Assembly (NCBI GenBank): GCA_964613625.1
Contig: CAZTIC010000003.1
Span: 1-40,419, forward strand
DNA length: 40,419 bases
From: an uncultured Gammaproteobacteria bacterium
Lineage (GTDB): Bacteria; Patescibacteriota; Patescibacteriia; Patescibacteriales; CAZTIC01
Direction of reading: 5' to 3'
Numbering within the stretch: the stretch's first letter is position 1; the number at the start of each line of letters is the position of its first letter. The notes below the pieces were generated by a model that ran no database searches, had not been told where the DNA came from, and saw only the letters and a list, made by a program, of their open reading frames with translations. Positions 5,995 to 16,047 of the stretch are shown piece by piece. The position numbers were made by a program, and so were the translations under genes.

Positions 5995-8900
5995 ATGACT
6001 AAAAGAACATTTAGCAACAGCCCTCTAAAAATTATGAATAAGAATATTGAAAGAAAATTCTTTATAGATAAAGTGCAGGCCATGGATATGCCTGATTTGA
6101 TAGAAGTTCAGAAGGATTCTTATAATTGGTTTCTGGAGGAAGGTTTGAAGGAATTATTCGAAGAGATCTCACCTATTACTGATTTTATTGGCAGAGACTT
6201 AGAATTGTATTTTGAAGACCATTATTTGGATGAACCAAAGTTTGATGAAATACAAAGTAGGGCTAAGAATACAACCTATGAATCTCCTTTGCGCGTAAAA
6301 GCTAGATTGGTTAATAAAAGAACCAAAGAGACTGCAACTCAAGAAGTATTTTTGGGAGATTTTCCATTAATGACTAAGAGCGGAACGTTTATTGTAAATG
6401 GAAATGAAAGAGTTGTTGTGTCTCAGTTGATAAGAAGCGCTGGTGTGATATTTACTTCTGATTTTGTAAAAGGAAAGAAAACTTACGGAGCAAAAATTAT
6501 TCCAAATAGAGGAGCTTGGCTTGAAGTAGAAACCGATGCTAATAAAGTTATCTGGGTTAGAATTGATAGAAAAAGAAAAGTAGCCATTACATCATTGCTT
6601 CGTGCTTTTGGATTTGAAACTGATGAAGAAATAAAGGCCTTATTCAAAGATGTTGATTTGATTAAAAATGATGAAGAAGTTAGTTATATTGATGCTACTA
6701 TCGGAAAAGATATTGCCAAGAACGAAGCCGAAGGTTTAAAAGAAGTATACAAAAGAATACGTCCAGGTGATTTAGCTGCCACTGAAAATGCTCGTCAATT
6801 AATTCACTCTATGTTTTTTAGATTTGATAGATATGATTTTGGTAGAGTTGGTAGATACAAGTTTAACAGAAGATTTGGTTTTGATATTAAAAATAATAAA
6901 GAAAATAGAATACTTAGAAAAGAAGATTTAATTGCTGTTATATCAGAAGTTATTCGATTGAATATAACTCAAGAGAAAGAAGACGACATAGATCATTTGG
7001 GTAATAGAAGAGTAAGAGCGATTGGAGAGCTTATTCAAAATAGATTTAGAGTGGGCTTGGCTAGAATGGAAAGAATAGTAAAGGACAGAATGAGTACAGC
7101 GGATACTATAACATTAAACCCAAACAAGCTTGTGAATGCTAGACCGGTTATAAGTGTTGTGAAGGAATTTTTTATGTCTTCTCAATTGTCTCAGTTTATG
7201 GACCAGACAAATCCTTTGGCAGAGCTTGAGCACAAAAGAAGATTATCAGCTATGGGACCAGGTGGTTTAACTAGGGAAAGGGCCGGCTTTGATGTTCGTG
7301 ATGTACATACAACTCATTATGGAAGAATTTGTCCTATTGCTACCCCAGAGGGACCAAACATTGGATTGGTTGGTCATTTGGCTAGTTATACAAAATTAAA
7401 TACATATGGTTTTTTGGAAGCGCCTTATAGATTGGTATTGCATGATTTAGAAGTAGATTCAAAAGAGTTAATTGGAAAAATTGTACGTGAAGATATTTGT
7501 GAAATCAAAAAATTAGCTGAAAATCAAGAAGGTAAAAAACAATTATTGTACTCAAATATTTCAAGTGATCAAAAAGGAAAGGTAATTATTAGGGCTGGTG
7601 AAAAAATTGATTTACGAGTAGCTAAATTTATTAAAGAAAAAATAAATAATAAAGTTTTGATTCCAATAAAACCAGTTATCACTGATGAGATTCATTATTT
7701 GGATGCGTTTACTGAGGAGAGATATATTTCAACTGCTTTTACAACTTCTGTTGATGACAACGGTTCATTTTTGGTTGATAAATGTGAAGGTAGAAGATAT
7801 GGGCAGCCTACTACAGTATTGGTAACTACCGTAGATTATGTTGGCGTAGCTGCGAATCAGATTATTTCAGTCGCAACTTCTCTGATCCCGTTTATGGAAC
7901 ACAATGATGGACAACGTTCTTTGATGGGAACAAACATGCAACGTCAAGCAGTACCATTACTTGTTAGTGAAGCTCCAGTGGTTGGTACAGGAGTTGAGAG
8001 AAGAGCGGCTATAGATTCTGGTCACGCTATTATTGCTGAAGAGGGTGGAGTAATAAGTAAGGTTGATGCCTCAAAGATTGAAGTAAAAAATAAAAAAGGT
8101 GAAATTACACAATATGATGTAACTAAATTTTTACGATCAAATTCATCTACTTGTATAAATCAACGTCCGATAGTTGAAGTAGATCAAAAAATAGAAAAAG
8201 GAGACGTATTATCTGATGGGCCTTCTATTGATAATGGTGAATTAGCTTTAGGAAAGAATGTTTTAGTCGCTTTTATGACTTGGGAAGGTTATAACTATGA
8301 AGATGCTATTATTATTTCTGAACGTTTGGTTAGTGATGATGTTTACTCTTCTATACATATTGAAGACTACATTGTCGATGTTCGCGATACAAAACTTGGA
8401 CCAGAACTCATAACAAATGATATTTCAAATATTTCTGAAGAAAAATTAAAGAATTTGGATGAAGAAGGCATTGTAAGAGTTGGTGCTGAAGTATTGTCCG
8501 GAGGTATATTGGTCGGAAAGATTACTCCAAAAGGAGAAACAGAGCTATCAGCTGAAGAAAAACTACTTCGAGCTATTTTTGGTGAAAAAGCCAAGGACGT
8601 ACGTGATTCATCTCTATATCTAGAGCATGGCGAACATGGAAAAGTGGTTGATATAAAAATATTTTCAAGAGAAGATGGTGATAGATTGGCTGCTGGAGTT
8701 CTAAAATCAATTCATGTTTCAGTCGCGAATTTGAGAAAGATTCAAGTTGGAGATAAAATGGCAGGGCGTCACGGGAACAAAGGTGTTATCTCAAAGATAG
8801 TATCTGCCGAGGACCTACCCTACCTAGAAGATGGAACTCCTGTTGATATTATTTTATCTCCTTTAGGGATTATATCTAGAATGAACTTGGGTCAATTATT

Positions 8901-9522
8901 TGAGACTCATTTAGGTTTTGCTGCCAAGAAATTGGGCTACAACATAGCTACTCCTCCTTTAAATGGTCTAACAGAACAACAAATAAAAGATGAGCTTAAA
9001 AAAGCTGGATTACCTCTCGATGGTAAGTCAGTTTTGTATGATGGAAAAACTGGTAGAAAATTTGATAATAAAGTAGCGGTTGGATATAAATACATGTTGA
9101 AATTGAATCACATGGTTGATGATAAGGTTCACCAAAGATCAATTGGACCTTACTCATTAATTACACAACAGCCTTTGGGAGGAAAGGCTCAATTTGGTGG
9201 ACAGCGTTTCGGAGAAATGGAAGTGTGGGCCCTAGAAGGATATGGAGCCGCTCATATTTTGCAGGAAATATTAACCATCAAATCAGATGATGTTCCTGGA
9301 AGAAGCAAGGCTTATGAATCGATCATTAAAGGTGAAGAAATTACCAAGCTTAATGTCCCAGAATCATTTAATGTTTTGGTTCGAGAGTTAAAGGGACTTT
9401 GTTTGGATGTAAAATTGTTGGGACAAAAAGAAAAAGTTAGTGAGGAAGACAAAGATAATCAAGCTGAAAAAAAGGAAACAGTAGAGGAGAAAAAAGAAGA
9501 AGAGTTGAAAGAGGAAAAATAA
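5995..9522 (+). CDS. rpoB: DNA-directed RNA polymerase subunit beta
   Basis: 1175 aa with canonical blocks PDLIEVQKDSYNWFL, GTFIVNGNERVVVSQL, RRLSAMGPGGLTRERAGFDVRDVH, NMQRQAVPL, GRHGNKGVISKI and GGQRFGEMEVWALEGYGAA. The start could instead be the Met at 6034. Confidence 0.97.
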   Translation: MTKRTFSNSPLKIMNKNIERKFFIDKVQAMDMPDLIEVQKDSYNWFLEEGLKELFEEISPITDFIGRDLELYFEDHYLDEPKFDEIQSRAKNTTYESPLRVKARLVNKRTKETATQEVFLGDFPLMTKSGTFIVNGNERVVVSQLIRSAGVIFTSDFVKGKKTYGAKIIPNRGAWLEVETDANKVIWVRIDRKRKVAITSLLRAFGFETDEEIKALFKDVDLIKNDEEVSYIDATIGKDIAKNEAEGLKEVYKRIRPGDLAATENARQLIHSMFFRFDRYDFGRVGRYKFNRRFGFDIKNNKENRILRKEDLIAVISEVIRLNITQEKEDDIDHLGNRRVRAIGELIQNRFRVGLARMERIVKDRMSTADTITLNPNKLVNARPVISVVKEFFMSSQLSQFMDQTNPLAELEHKRRLSAMGPGGLTRERAGFDVRDVHTTHYGRICPIATPEGPNIGLVGHLASYTKLNTYGFLEAPYRLVLHDLEVDSKELIGKIVREDICEIKKLAENQEGKKQLLYSNISSDQKGKVIIRAGEKIDLRVAKFIKEKINNKVLIPIKPVITDEIHYLDAFTEERYISTAFTTSVDDNGSFLVDKCEGRRYGQPTTVLVTTVDYVGVAANQIISVATSLIPFMEHNDGQRSLMGTNMQRQAVPLLVSEAPVVGTGVERRAAIDSGHAIIAEEGGVISKVDASKIEVKNKKGEITQYDVTKFLRSNSSTCINQRPIVEVDQKIEKGDVLSDGPSIDNGELALGKNVLVAFMTWEGYNYEDAIIISERLVSDDVYSSIHIEDYIVDVRDTKLGPELITNDISNISEEKLKNLDEEGIVRVGAEVLSGGILVGKITPKGETELSAEEKLLRAIFGEKAKDVRDSSLYLEHGEHGKVVDIKIFSREDGDRLAAGVLKSIHVSVANLRKIQVGDKMAGRHGNKGVISKIVSAEDLPYLEDGTPVDIILSPLGIISRMNLGQLFETHLGFAAKKLGYNIATPPLNGLTEQQIKDELKKAGLPLDGKSVLYDGKTGRKFDNKVAVGYKYMLKLNHMVDDKVHQRSIGPYSLITQQPLGGKAQFGGQRFGEMEVWALEGYGAAHILQEILTIKSDDVPGRSKAYESIIKGEEITKLNVPESFNVLVRELKGLCLDVKLLGQKEKVSEEDKDNQAEKKETVEEKKEEELKEEK

Positions 9523-9554
9523 AATAATTTAAATTATAAAATTATCTTAAATAT

Positions 9555-12500
9555 ATGTTAAATCCAATAAAAACAACAGATTTTGATGCTATTAAATTAA
9601 AATTAGCCTCACCTGAAGAAATATTATCTTGGTCTCATGGAGAAATAGTTAGACCTGAGACTATTAATTATCGTACTCAAAAACCGGAAAAGGACGGTTT
9701 GTTTTGTGAAAAAATATTTGGTCCGTCGAAAGATTGGGAGTGTTATTGTGGAAAGTATAAAAAAATAAGGTATAAAGGAATTGTGTGTGACAAATGTGGA
9801 GTTGAGGTGACAAGAAGCGCTGTTAGGCGAGAAAGAATGGGTCATATTGCACTACAAACTCCTTGTACGCATATTTGGTTCCTTCGCGGTATTTCTAGCA
9901 AGATTGGCTTAATGCTTGGTTTGTCAATGCAAATATTAGAAAAGGTTGTATATTTTGCTAGCTTTATTATTACTGATATAGATGAAGATTTGAAGAACTC
10001 AACTATAGATCAAATCAAACAAGAATTTAAATCAAAGAAGAAGCAAATAAGCAATGATTTTGCTAATCAGGCAAATGAGATTAAAAACAAGAAAGGAAAG
10101 TTGTTACAAGACGGAAAAGAAGAAAAAGAAATAGAAAAAATTATATCTTCTGAAGTTGATGCTCTAGATATTGCAAAAGAAGAAAAATTGGATAAATTAA
10201 ATGATGCTTTTGATCAAGCTCAAAAAGAACTCAAAGATTTGAAAGTTAATATGATTATTTCAGAAGCAATATATCAAAATTTGAGTTTGAAATACGGTCA
10301 TATTTTTGAAGCTGGTATTGGGGCTGAAGCTATTAGGAAATTATTAGAAAGAATCGACCTAGATCAATCAGTGAGTGAATTGGAAGAAGAATTAGAAACA
10401 TGTATTGATTCAAAAAAAGAAAAACTAATCAAAAGATTAAAGTTATTAAAAAGTCTTCGAGGAAATAATATTAGACCTGAGTGGATGATACTTTATATGA
10501 TACCTGTTATTCCACCGGATCTTCGACCGATGGTGGCTCTTGATGGAGGTAGATTTGCGGCTTCAGATTTAAATGATTTATACAGAAGAGTTATTAATAG
10601 AAACAATCGTCTCAAACAACTTGTAGAATTAAACGCTCCAGAAGTAATATGTAGAAATGAAAAGAGGATGCTTCAAGAAGCAGTTGATGCTTTATTTGAT
10701 AATTCTTCAAGACATTCAAAAACTGTAACAGCGTCTACTGGTCAAAAAAGACAATTAAAATCATTAGCTGATTCACTAAAGGGTAAGCAAGGAAGATTTC
10801 GACAGAATTTGCTTGGAAAAAGAACTGATTATTCAGGCAGAAGTGTTATTGTGGTGAATCCTAAATTAAACCTAGATCAATGTGGTCTGCCGAAGGTTAT
10901 GGCCTTGGAATTATTCAAGCCATTTATAATTAGCAAGTTAATTAAAAACGAAACAGTTCATAATGTTCGAAGTGCTTCTAGATATATTGAAGCTGGACAT
11001 GAAGATGTTTGGGATATATTAGAAGATATAGTTAAAGAGGCCTATGTTTTATTGAATCGTGCTCCTACTCTTCATAGACTTGGTATTCAGGCTTTTAAAC
11101 CAATATTAATTGAAGGTAAAGCACTTCAGATTCATCCAATGGTTTGTGCGGCTTTTAATGCTGACTTTGACGGTGATCAAATGGCCGTTCATGTACCTCT
11201 AACAAAAGAGGCCGTAAATGAAGCTAAGAATATAATGCTTTCTTCTAAGAATTTATTAAAGCCTGCTACTGGAGATCCGGTTGTAGCTCCAGGGCAAGAT
11301 ATTGTTTGGGGTGCTTTTTACCTCACGCAAGAATTATCAGACGAGCAAGATAAGGAAAAAATAAAAAGTTTTTCAGATAAAACCGAGGCTTTATTAGCCT
11401 ATGAACTTGGATACTTCAAATTACATGATTTGATTAATGTTAGAATAAATAAAGAAGTGTTACAAACAACAGTTGGCAGAATAATATTCAATAGTTTTCT
11501 TCCTGAAAAATTACAGTTCTTAAATGAATTAGTTGGAAAGAATACTCTAAAAGATTTGGTTAAGGATAGTTTACGATATTATGGAAAAGAAGAAACAGCT
11601 GTATTTGTTGATGAGTTAAAAAATAAAAGTTTTGAGTATATCACAAAGAGTGGCTTGTCATTTGGCATGGATGATTTGCCAAGTCTAGAAGAAAAGGATG
11701 TAAAGATTCAGGAAACTGCTTCAGAGGTGGAGATTATTCAAGATCAATACGAGGAAGGTTTGTTAACTGAGAGTGAAAGATATAGTAAAGTGATTGAGTT
11801 ATGGACCAATACCAAAGAAAAAGTTACTGACATTTGTAAGGATAGCTTAACAATATATAATCCTGTTCATAGTATGGTTGAATCTGGTGCTCGTGGATCT
11901 TGGGCTCAGTTAACTCAGATTTTGGGAATGAAAGGTTTGGTTACATCTCCTTCTGGTGATATTATTGAGCTGCCTGTAAAAGGTAATTTCAAAAGAGGAT
12001 TTGAAGTATTAGAGTACTTTATTTCTACTCACGGTGTTCGTAAAGGTTTATCAGATACCGCTCTTCGTACTGCTAACGCTGGTTACTTAACTAGACGTTT
12101 GGTTGATGTGGCTCAAGATATTATTATCACTGAAGATGATTGTAAAGAAAAAGATGGCGTGCTTATCACAAAGGAAGAAAGCGAAGACATGGGGGAGACA
12201 ATTATAAAGAGAATGGCTGGAAGATATTTAGCGAAAGATTTAAAAGATGAAAATAAAAAATTATTAGTAAAAGCAGGTGAGTTAATTACTGAAGATGTGA
12301 TTGATAAGATAAAAGACAAGAAAATTAACGAAGCCTACATTAGATCAACTTTGACTTGTAAATTGAGCAGAGGAGTTTGTGTAAAATGCTACGGATATGA
12401 TTTGGGACACAATGCGCCTGTTAAACTTGGTACAGCTGTGGGTATTATTGCGGCTCAATCAATCGGTGAACCTGGAACTCAGTTGACTATGAGAACCTTT

Positions 12501-13496
12501 CATACCGGTGGTGTAGCTGGAAGTGAAGATATTACTCAAGGCTTGCCTCGTGTTGAAGAAATTTTTGAAACACGTCCACCAAAGAAAAAAGCTCTTATTT
12601 CTGATGTTGATGGTAAAGTAACCATAGAAGTTGGAGAAAGAACCATAGAGGATGAAAGTGGAAAAACAGTAGTTGTGAGCAATCCTCAAGTAAAGGTTCT
12701 AAAGATCGAGTATAAAGGCACTGATGTTGATAAATATTCTATCAAAGAATTTACTAACTCTCTCAAGCTAAAAGCAAAAGAGAAAAGAGAGCTTAAATCT
12801 AAAATTTTAGTTAAAGACGGAGATAAGGTAAGTAAAGGAGCTGAGCTATTTTTTGTGGGTGATCAAGCGGAAGTTGCTAAAAAATCAGGAATCGTAAATG
12901 TAGATAGCGAGATTGTAAAGATTGAAGTTAATAAAAACAAAACCAGAGAATATATTATTTCAAAGGGCACTGGAATATTAGTTGAAGACGGAGAAAGTGT
13001 TACCAAAGGAACGCAGTTAACTGAAGGAAGTCTTGATTTGCGACAGTTGTATAAATTAAGAAACATGCTGGAAGCTCAAAAATATATTATCAAAGAAATT
13101 CAACATGTTTATTCTTCACAAGGTCAACCTTTAAATGACAAGCATATTGAGATCATAACTAAACAGATGTTCTCAAGATATTTGATTACAGACTCGGGCG
13201 ATACCGATTTATTACCTGGTGAAATCGCAGAGGAGTCAGTACTCCAAAGAGGAAATAAAGGCGCTAAGAAGCCAGCCAAGACTGAAAGATTGTTAATGGG
13301 TATCACCAAGGCTTCGTTAACAACTGATAGCTTCTTGTCAGCTGCTTCATTTCAAGAAACTGCTAGAGTATTAATTGATGCGGCTGTTAGCGGTAAGATT
13401 GATTATCTAGAGGGATTAAAGGAAAATGTTATTATTGGTAGATTAATTCCAGCTGGAACTGGTTATAAAGGTAAGATTGAGAGAAAGGTTTACTAA
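9555..13496 (+). CDS. rpoC: DNA-directed RNA polymerase subunit beta'
   Basis: 1313 aa with the zinc finger CYCGKYKKIRYKGIVCDKCGVEV, the catalytic NADFDGDQM, then RAPTLHRLGIQAF and a trigger-loop region GEPGTQLTMRTFHTGG. Confidence 0.97.
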   Translation: MLNPIKTTDFDAIKLKLASPEEILSWSHGEIVRPETINYRTQKPEKDGLFCEKIFGPSKDWECYCGKYKKIRYKGIVCDKCGVEVTRSAVRRERMGHIALQTPCTHIWFLRGISSKIGLMLGLSMQILEKVVYFASFIITDIDEDLKNSTIDQIKQEFKSKKKQISNDFANQANEIKNKKGKLLQDGKEEKEIEKIISSEVDALDIAKEEKLDKLNDAFDQAQKELKDLKVNMIISEAIYQNLSLKYGHIFEAGIGAEAIRKLLERIDLDQSVSELEEELETCIDSKKEKLIKRLKLLKSLRGNNIRPEWMILYMIPVIPPDLRPMVALDGGRFAASDLNDLYRRVINRNNRLKQLVELNAPEVICRNEKRMLQEAVDALFDNSSRHSKTVTASTGQKRQLKSLADSLKGKQGRFRQNLLGKRTDYSGRSVIVVNPKLNLDQCGLPKVMALELFKPFIISKLIKNETVHNVRSASRYIEAGHEDVWDILEDIVKEAYVLLNRAPTLHRLGIQAFKPILIEGKALQIHPMVCAAFNADFDGDQMAVHVPLTKEAVNEAKNIMLSSKNLLKPATGDPVVAPGQDIVWGAFYLTQELSDEQDKEKIKSFSDKTEALLAYELGYFKLHDLINVRINKEVLQTTVGRIIFNSFLPEKLQFLNELVGKNTLKDLVKDSLRYYGKEETAVFVDELKNKSFEYITKSGLSFGMDDLPSLEEKDVKIQETASEVEIIQDQYEEGLLTESERYSKVIELWTNTKEKVTDICKDSLTIYNPVHSMVESGARGSWAQLTQILGMKGLVTSPSGDIIELPVKGNFKRGFEVLEYFISTHGVRKGLSDTALRTANAGYLTRRLVDVAQDIIITEDDCKEKDGVLITKEESEDMGETIIKRMAGRYLAKDLKDENKKLLVKAGELITEDVIDKIKDKKINEAYIRSTLTCKLSRGVCVKCYGYDLGHNAPVKLGTAVGIIAAQSIGEPGTQLTMRTFHTGGVAGSEDITQGLPRVEEIFETRPPKKKALISDVDGKVTIEVGERTIEDESGKTVVVSNPQVKVLKIEYKGTDVDKYSIKEFTNSLKLKAKEKRELKSKILVKDGDKVSKGAELFFVGDQAEVAKKSGIVNVDSEIVKIEVNKNKTREYIISKGTGILVEDGESVTKGTQLTEGSLDLRQLYKLRNMLEAQKYIIKEIQHVYSSQGQPLNDKHIEIITKQMFSRYLITDSGDTDLLPGEIAEESVLQRGNKGAKKPAKTERLLMGITKASLTTDSFLSAASFQETARVLIDAAVSGKIDYLEGLKENVIIGRLIPAGTGYKGKIERKVY

Positions 13497-13516
13497 GATA
13501 TTAGAACTTAGAATAT

Positions 13517-13557
13517 AAAAGGCTCAGCCTCCAAATTGGAGGCTGAGCCTTTTTTTG
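13517..13557 (+). terminator. rpoC rho-independent terminator
   Basis: AAAAGGCTCAGCCTCC-aaatt-GGAGGCTGAGCCTTTT followed by TTTTT. Confidence 0.85.
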
Positions 13558-13601
13558 TTTTTTGCAGAAAAGAGTTAGAAAATTTAACAATAAGTCACAT
13601 A

Positions 13602-13694
13602 CTCCTCCCAAACCTCCCCTTAAAAAGATATAATGAAAAGGGGAGGAGTTAGAACAATCTCCCTCCTTATTAAGGAGGGGTTAGGGGAGGTGGG
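13602..13694. repeat. Variant composite palindromic element (CCTCCC type) with the same architecture as 4063-4142
   Basis: CTCCTCCCAAACCTCCCCTT ... AAGGGGAGG forms hairpin 1 (13612-13620 pairs with 13638-13646). CCCTCCTTA/TAAGGAGGG forms hairpin 2 (13661-13679), followed by GTTAGGGGAGGTGGG. It lies between the convergent rpoC and alkD-like genes. Confidence 0.7.
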
Positions 13695-13705
13695 TGAATT
13701 TGCAA

Positions 13706-14419
13706 TTATATTTTTCCATGAAGATAATTTTTTCTTAATTTTTCGGGGAATTTTTCTATGGCGTAGCGAAGCGTTGTTCGTGGCATTGTTTTGTAGTGTA
13801 TTTTTAAGAATTTTTCTTCTACGTCTCTATTTCTGTTTCCGATTTCTCGGAGCATCCAGCCGACCGCCTTATGAATGAGATCGTGTTTGTCGTTTAGTAG
13901 TATTTTAGATATTTTTAAAGTATCTTGGAAGTCAAGATTTCTAATAAAAGCGAATGTTGAAATAATCGCAATTCTTTTTTGCCAGAGATTTTTTGATTTA
14001 GAAAATTTATACAAAATTTCTTTTTCTGATTTATTATTTAGTAAATACTTACCTATAACCCTAGGAACTGTGACATCAACTAGGTCCCAATTATTTATTT
14101 TTTTTGAATTTTTAATAAAAAAAGTATAGATTTGTTTTTGTTGTTTTTCATTTCCTTTTTCGAATTGAAGCACTCCGATAAGTAGGGCTATCATTCTATG
14201 TTCATGGACTTTGCTATCCAATAATCTCTCTAAGTCAGAAACAGGTGTGTTTATAAATTTCTTCGTTATGAGTCTTTGTTGAGGCATTTTTACACCGATA
14301 AAAACATCTCCTTCTCCATATTCGCCAGGACCAGTCTTAAAAAACCTTTGCTGAATTTCAGCCCTTTCTTTATTAGATATTTTTTTTAATCCGGCTATTA
14401 TTTTGTTATAGTTTGTCAT
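13706..14419 (-). CDS. DNA alkylation repair protein (AlkC/AlkD-like HEAT-repeat family)
   Basis: 237 aa with ERAEIQQRFFKTGPGEYGEGDVFIGVKMPQQR, NNWDLVD, LWQKRIAIISTFAFIR and HDLIHKAVGWMLREIG, which are typical of the DNA_alkylation family. Confidence 0.75.
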   Translation of the reverse strand: MTNYNKIIAGLKKISNKERAEIQQRFFKTGPGEYGEGDVFIGVKMPQQRLITKKFINTPVSDLERLLDSKVHEHRMIALLIGVLQFEKGNEKQQKQIYTFFIKNSKKINNWDLVDVTVPRVIGKYLLNNKSEKEILYKFSKSKNLWQKRIAIISTFAFIRNLDFQDTLKISKILLNDKHDLIHKAVGWMLREIGNRNRDVEEKFLKIHYKTMPRTTLRYAIEKFPEKLRKNYLHGKI

Positions 14420-14465
14420 GAGATATAATTATTTGTCATATGTTTTTTGTTAAAAAATTATATAA

Positions 14466-14909
14466 TTATTTATTTTTCTCACCAAAATTACTATAATGTT
14501 TTTTCTTTTTAATATTGTCCAAGGCAAATATAATTTCTGGTATAGTGCTCTTAGGTAAATTATCAATAGGGAACCAGCTTAGATCAGTACATTTTTTGGG
14601 TTCCATGTTTTTTATTTCCCCGTCCCATTCACTGCAAGTGATATAGATATCAATATATTCTCTATCAAAAGAGAATCGATGCATGATATGTACTACGGTT
14701 AAGTTTTTTAATTCCAATGTTATATTTGCCTCTTCTTTGGCCTCTCTAATAATGCATTCTTCCGCTGTTTCGTTGCCATCGAAATGTCCAGAAACCATAC
14801 TATATTTACCATCCTGAAAGCCAGAATTGGCTCTTTTGAGAAATAATATTTCTCCATCTTTTTCGAGAACTAGATATGCTGCTATATAGATTTTGAATTG
14901 TTCTTTCAT
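14466..14909 (-). CDS. NUDIX hydrolase
   Basis: 147 aa with the Nudix box GHFDGNETAEECIIREAKEEANI (G-x5-E-x7-REUxEE). Confidence 0.8.
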   Translation of the reverse strand: MKEQFKIYIAAYLVLEKDGEILFLKRANSGFQDGKYSMVSGHFDGNETAEECIIREAKEEANITLELKNLTVVHIMHRFSFDREYIDIYITCSEWDGEIKNMEPKKCTDLSWFPIDNLPKSTIPEIIFALDNIKKKKHYSNFGEKNK

Positions 14910-14913
14910 TTAT

Positions 14914-15207
14914 TTAATTATTTTTTCTATAAATAAAAATTTGATAAAGTATTATTCCGACAGTTATTATGCCTAATCCTTGTCCAAGGACTAAAACCAT
15001 GTCTTTTTGTAATATCCCATGTATGGTCCAGAGTGAATAGGCGACAAGGGACAGTACCATAAACGGAGTTGAGAGACCGTCGGTTGATTTACGATTATAA
15101 TTCTTTTTGATTTGATCTGGTAGACCAATTACTTTAACTAGGATACCAATTGCTAGTGTCAGGAAGCCGATAGCGCCCGCGAATGTAATTGTTTGTAATA
15201 AGCTCAT
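14914..15207 (-). CDS. Small 3-TM PQ-loop / SemiSWEET-like membrane protein (tentative)
   Basis: 97 aa with three hydrophobic helices. The segment LPDQIKKNYNRKSTDGLS resembles the PQ-loop motif (LPQ...K.KS...S) of SemiSWEET transporters. Confidence 0.5.
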   Translation of the reverse strand: MSLLQTITFAGAIGFLTLAIGILVKVIGLPDQIKKNYNRKSTDGLSTPFMVLSLVAYSLWTIHGILQKDMVLVLGQGLGIITVGIILYQIFIYRKNN

Positions 15208-15217
15208 AGTATTATTT

Positions 15218-16042
15218 TTATTTTTTTAATAGCTCTGCATTTAAAAAGTCCTGAATAAATTTTTTAATTTCAGGTCTGTCTGCAAAAGGATTTTTTCTTC
15301 TTGATTCATCATTGCAATAAGTGAAGCCTAGAACATCAGCTGTGAGCGCTTCGCTCATTTCTTCGCTAATTGGAATTTTTTTATTATAATCTGGGTCATT
15401 GCTTTCAAATTTATTATTGTCGCCTCTGTAGGTTGATGAATAATCAGATATTGGTGGATGCTGTTCTGCTAGTTTTGCAAAATGCATCATGGCTTCGTAG
15501 CCGTTAATTTTTTTTCCGTTTGGAAATTTCAGAGTGTGATTTTTCTCATACAGTAATGGTTGAACAATACTATGACCAATTTCATGAATAAAGCCTTGTG
15601 CCAAAACAATTTTTCTAATTTTTTCAGATACTATATCTTTTGGGATTTTGTATAAATAAACATTAGCAGTTAATTCCTTTGTTTCGTCTTCTTTATTGTA
15701 GTCAATATACGAAGGAACAATTGCAGTGGGTGATAAGGCTTCTATTTGGTTGTGTGTTTCTTGAGGTTGTTTATTGGTTGAGTTTTTATGAAACCAGGCA
15801 GAGGGTTTTCCTATGACTTTTTTCATGATTGACCTATTCCTGGCGTTCTCTGGGAACATAGAAAAAAGTCCACCTAATTCTTTTTCTGATAATTCAATTA
15901 AATCTTTATTTTCAATTGGACATGGCAAATCAATTTCTGGCACTTGTGGCATTTCTATTTTAGAACCCCCATACCAATCAAGGGTCTTTTTCATGTCTAG
16001 ACCCGAAGTTTTATCTTTTTCATTTGGTATATATTTTTCCAT
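15218..16042 (-). CDS. Hypothetical protein with a zincin HExxH motif (putative metallopeptidase-like)
   Basis: 274 aa. The only recognisable motif is FIHEIGHSIV (HEIGH). There is no signal peptide or TM helix. Confidence 0.5.
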   Translation of the reverse strand: MEKYIPNEKDKTSGLDMKKTLDWYGGSKIEMPQVPEIDLPCPIENKDLIELSEKELGGLFSMFPENARNRSIMKKVIGKPSAWFHKNSTNKQPQETHNQIEALSPTAIVPSYIDYNKEDETKELTANVYLYKIPKDIVSEKIRKIVLAQGFIHEIGHSIVQPLLYEKNHTLKFPNGKKINGYEAMMHFAKLAEQHPPISDYSSTYRGDNNKFESNDPDYNKKIPISEEMSEALTADVLGFTYCNDESRRKNPFADRPEIKKFIQDFLNAELLKK

Positions 16043-16047
16043 ATTTT

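Noticed and set aside
8367-13309. Short minus-strand ORFs inside rpoB and rpoC (8367-8594, 9624-9845, 12113-12319, 12459-12689, 12863-13066, 13124-13309)
   Set aside because: All are antisense to highly conserved polymerase genes. Their products are Ser/Phe/Ile-rich shadow translations with no start context.
13633-14129. Two plus-strand ORFs (13633-13878 and 13875-14129)
   Set aside because: The first starts inside the repeat element, and both run antisense to the well-supported alkD-like gene. Their products are Phe/Leu-rich, as expected from antisense translation of AT-rich genes.
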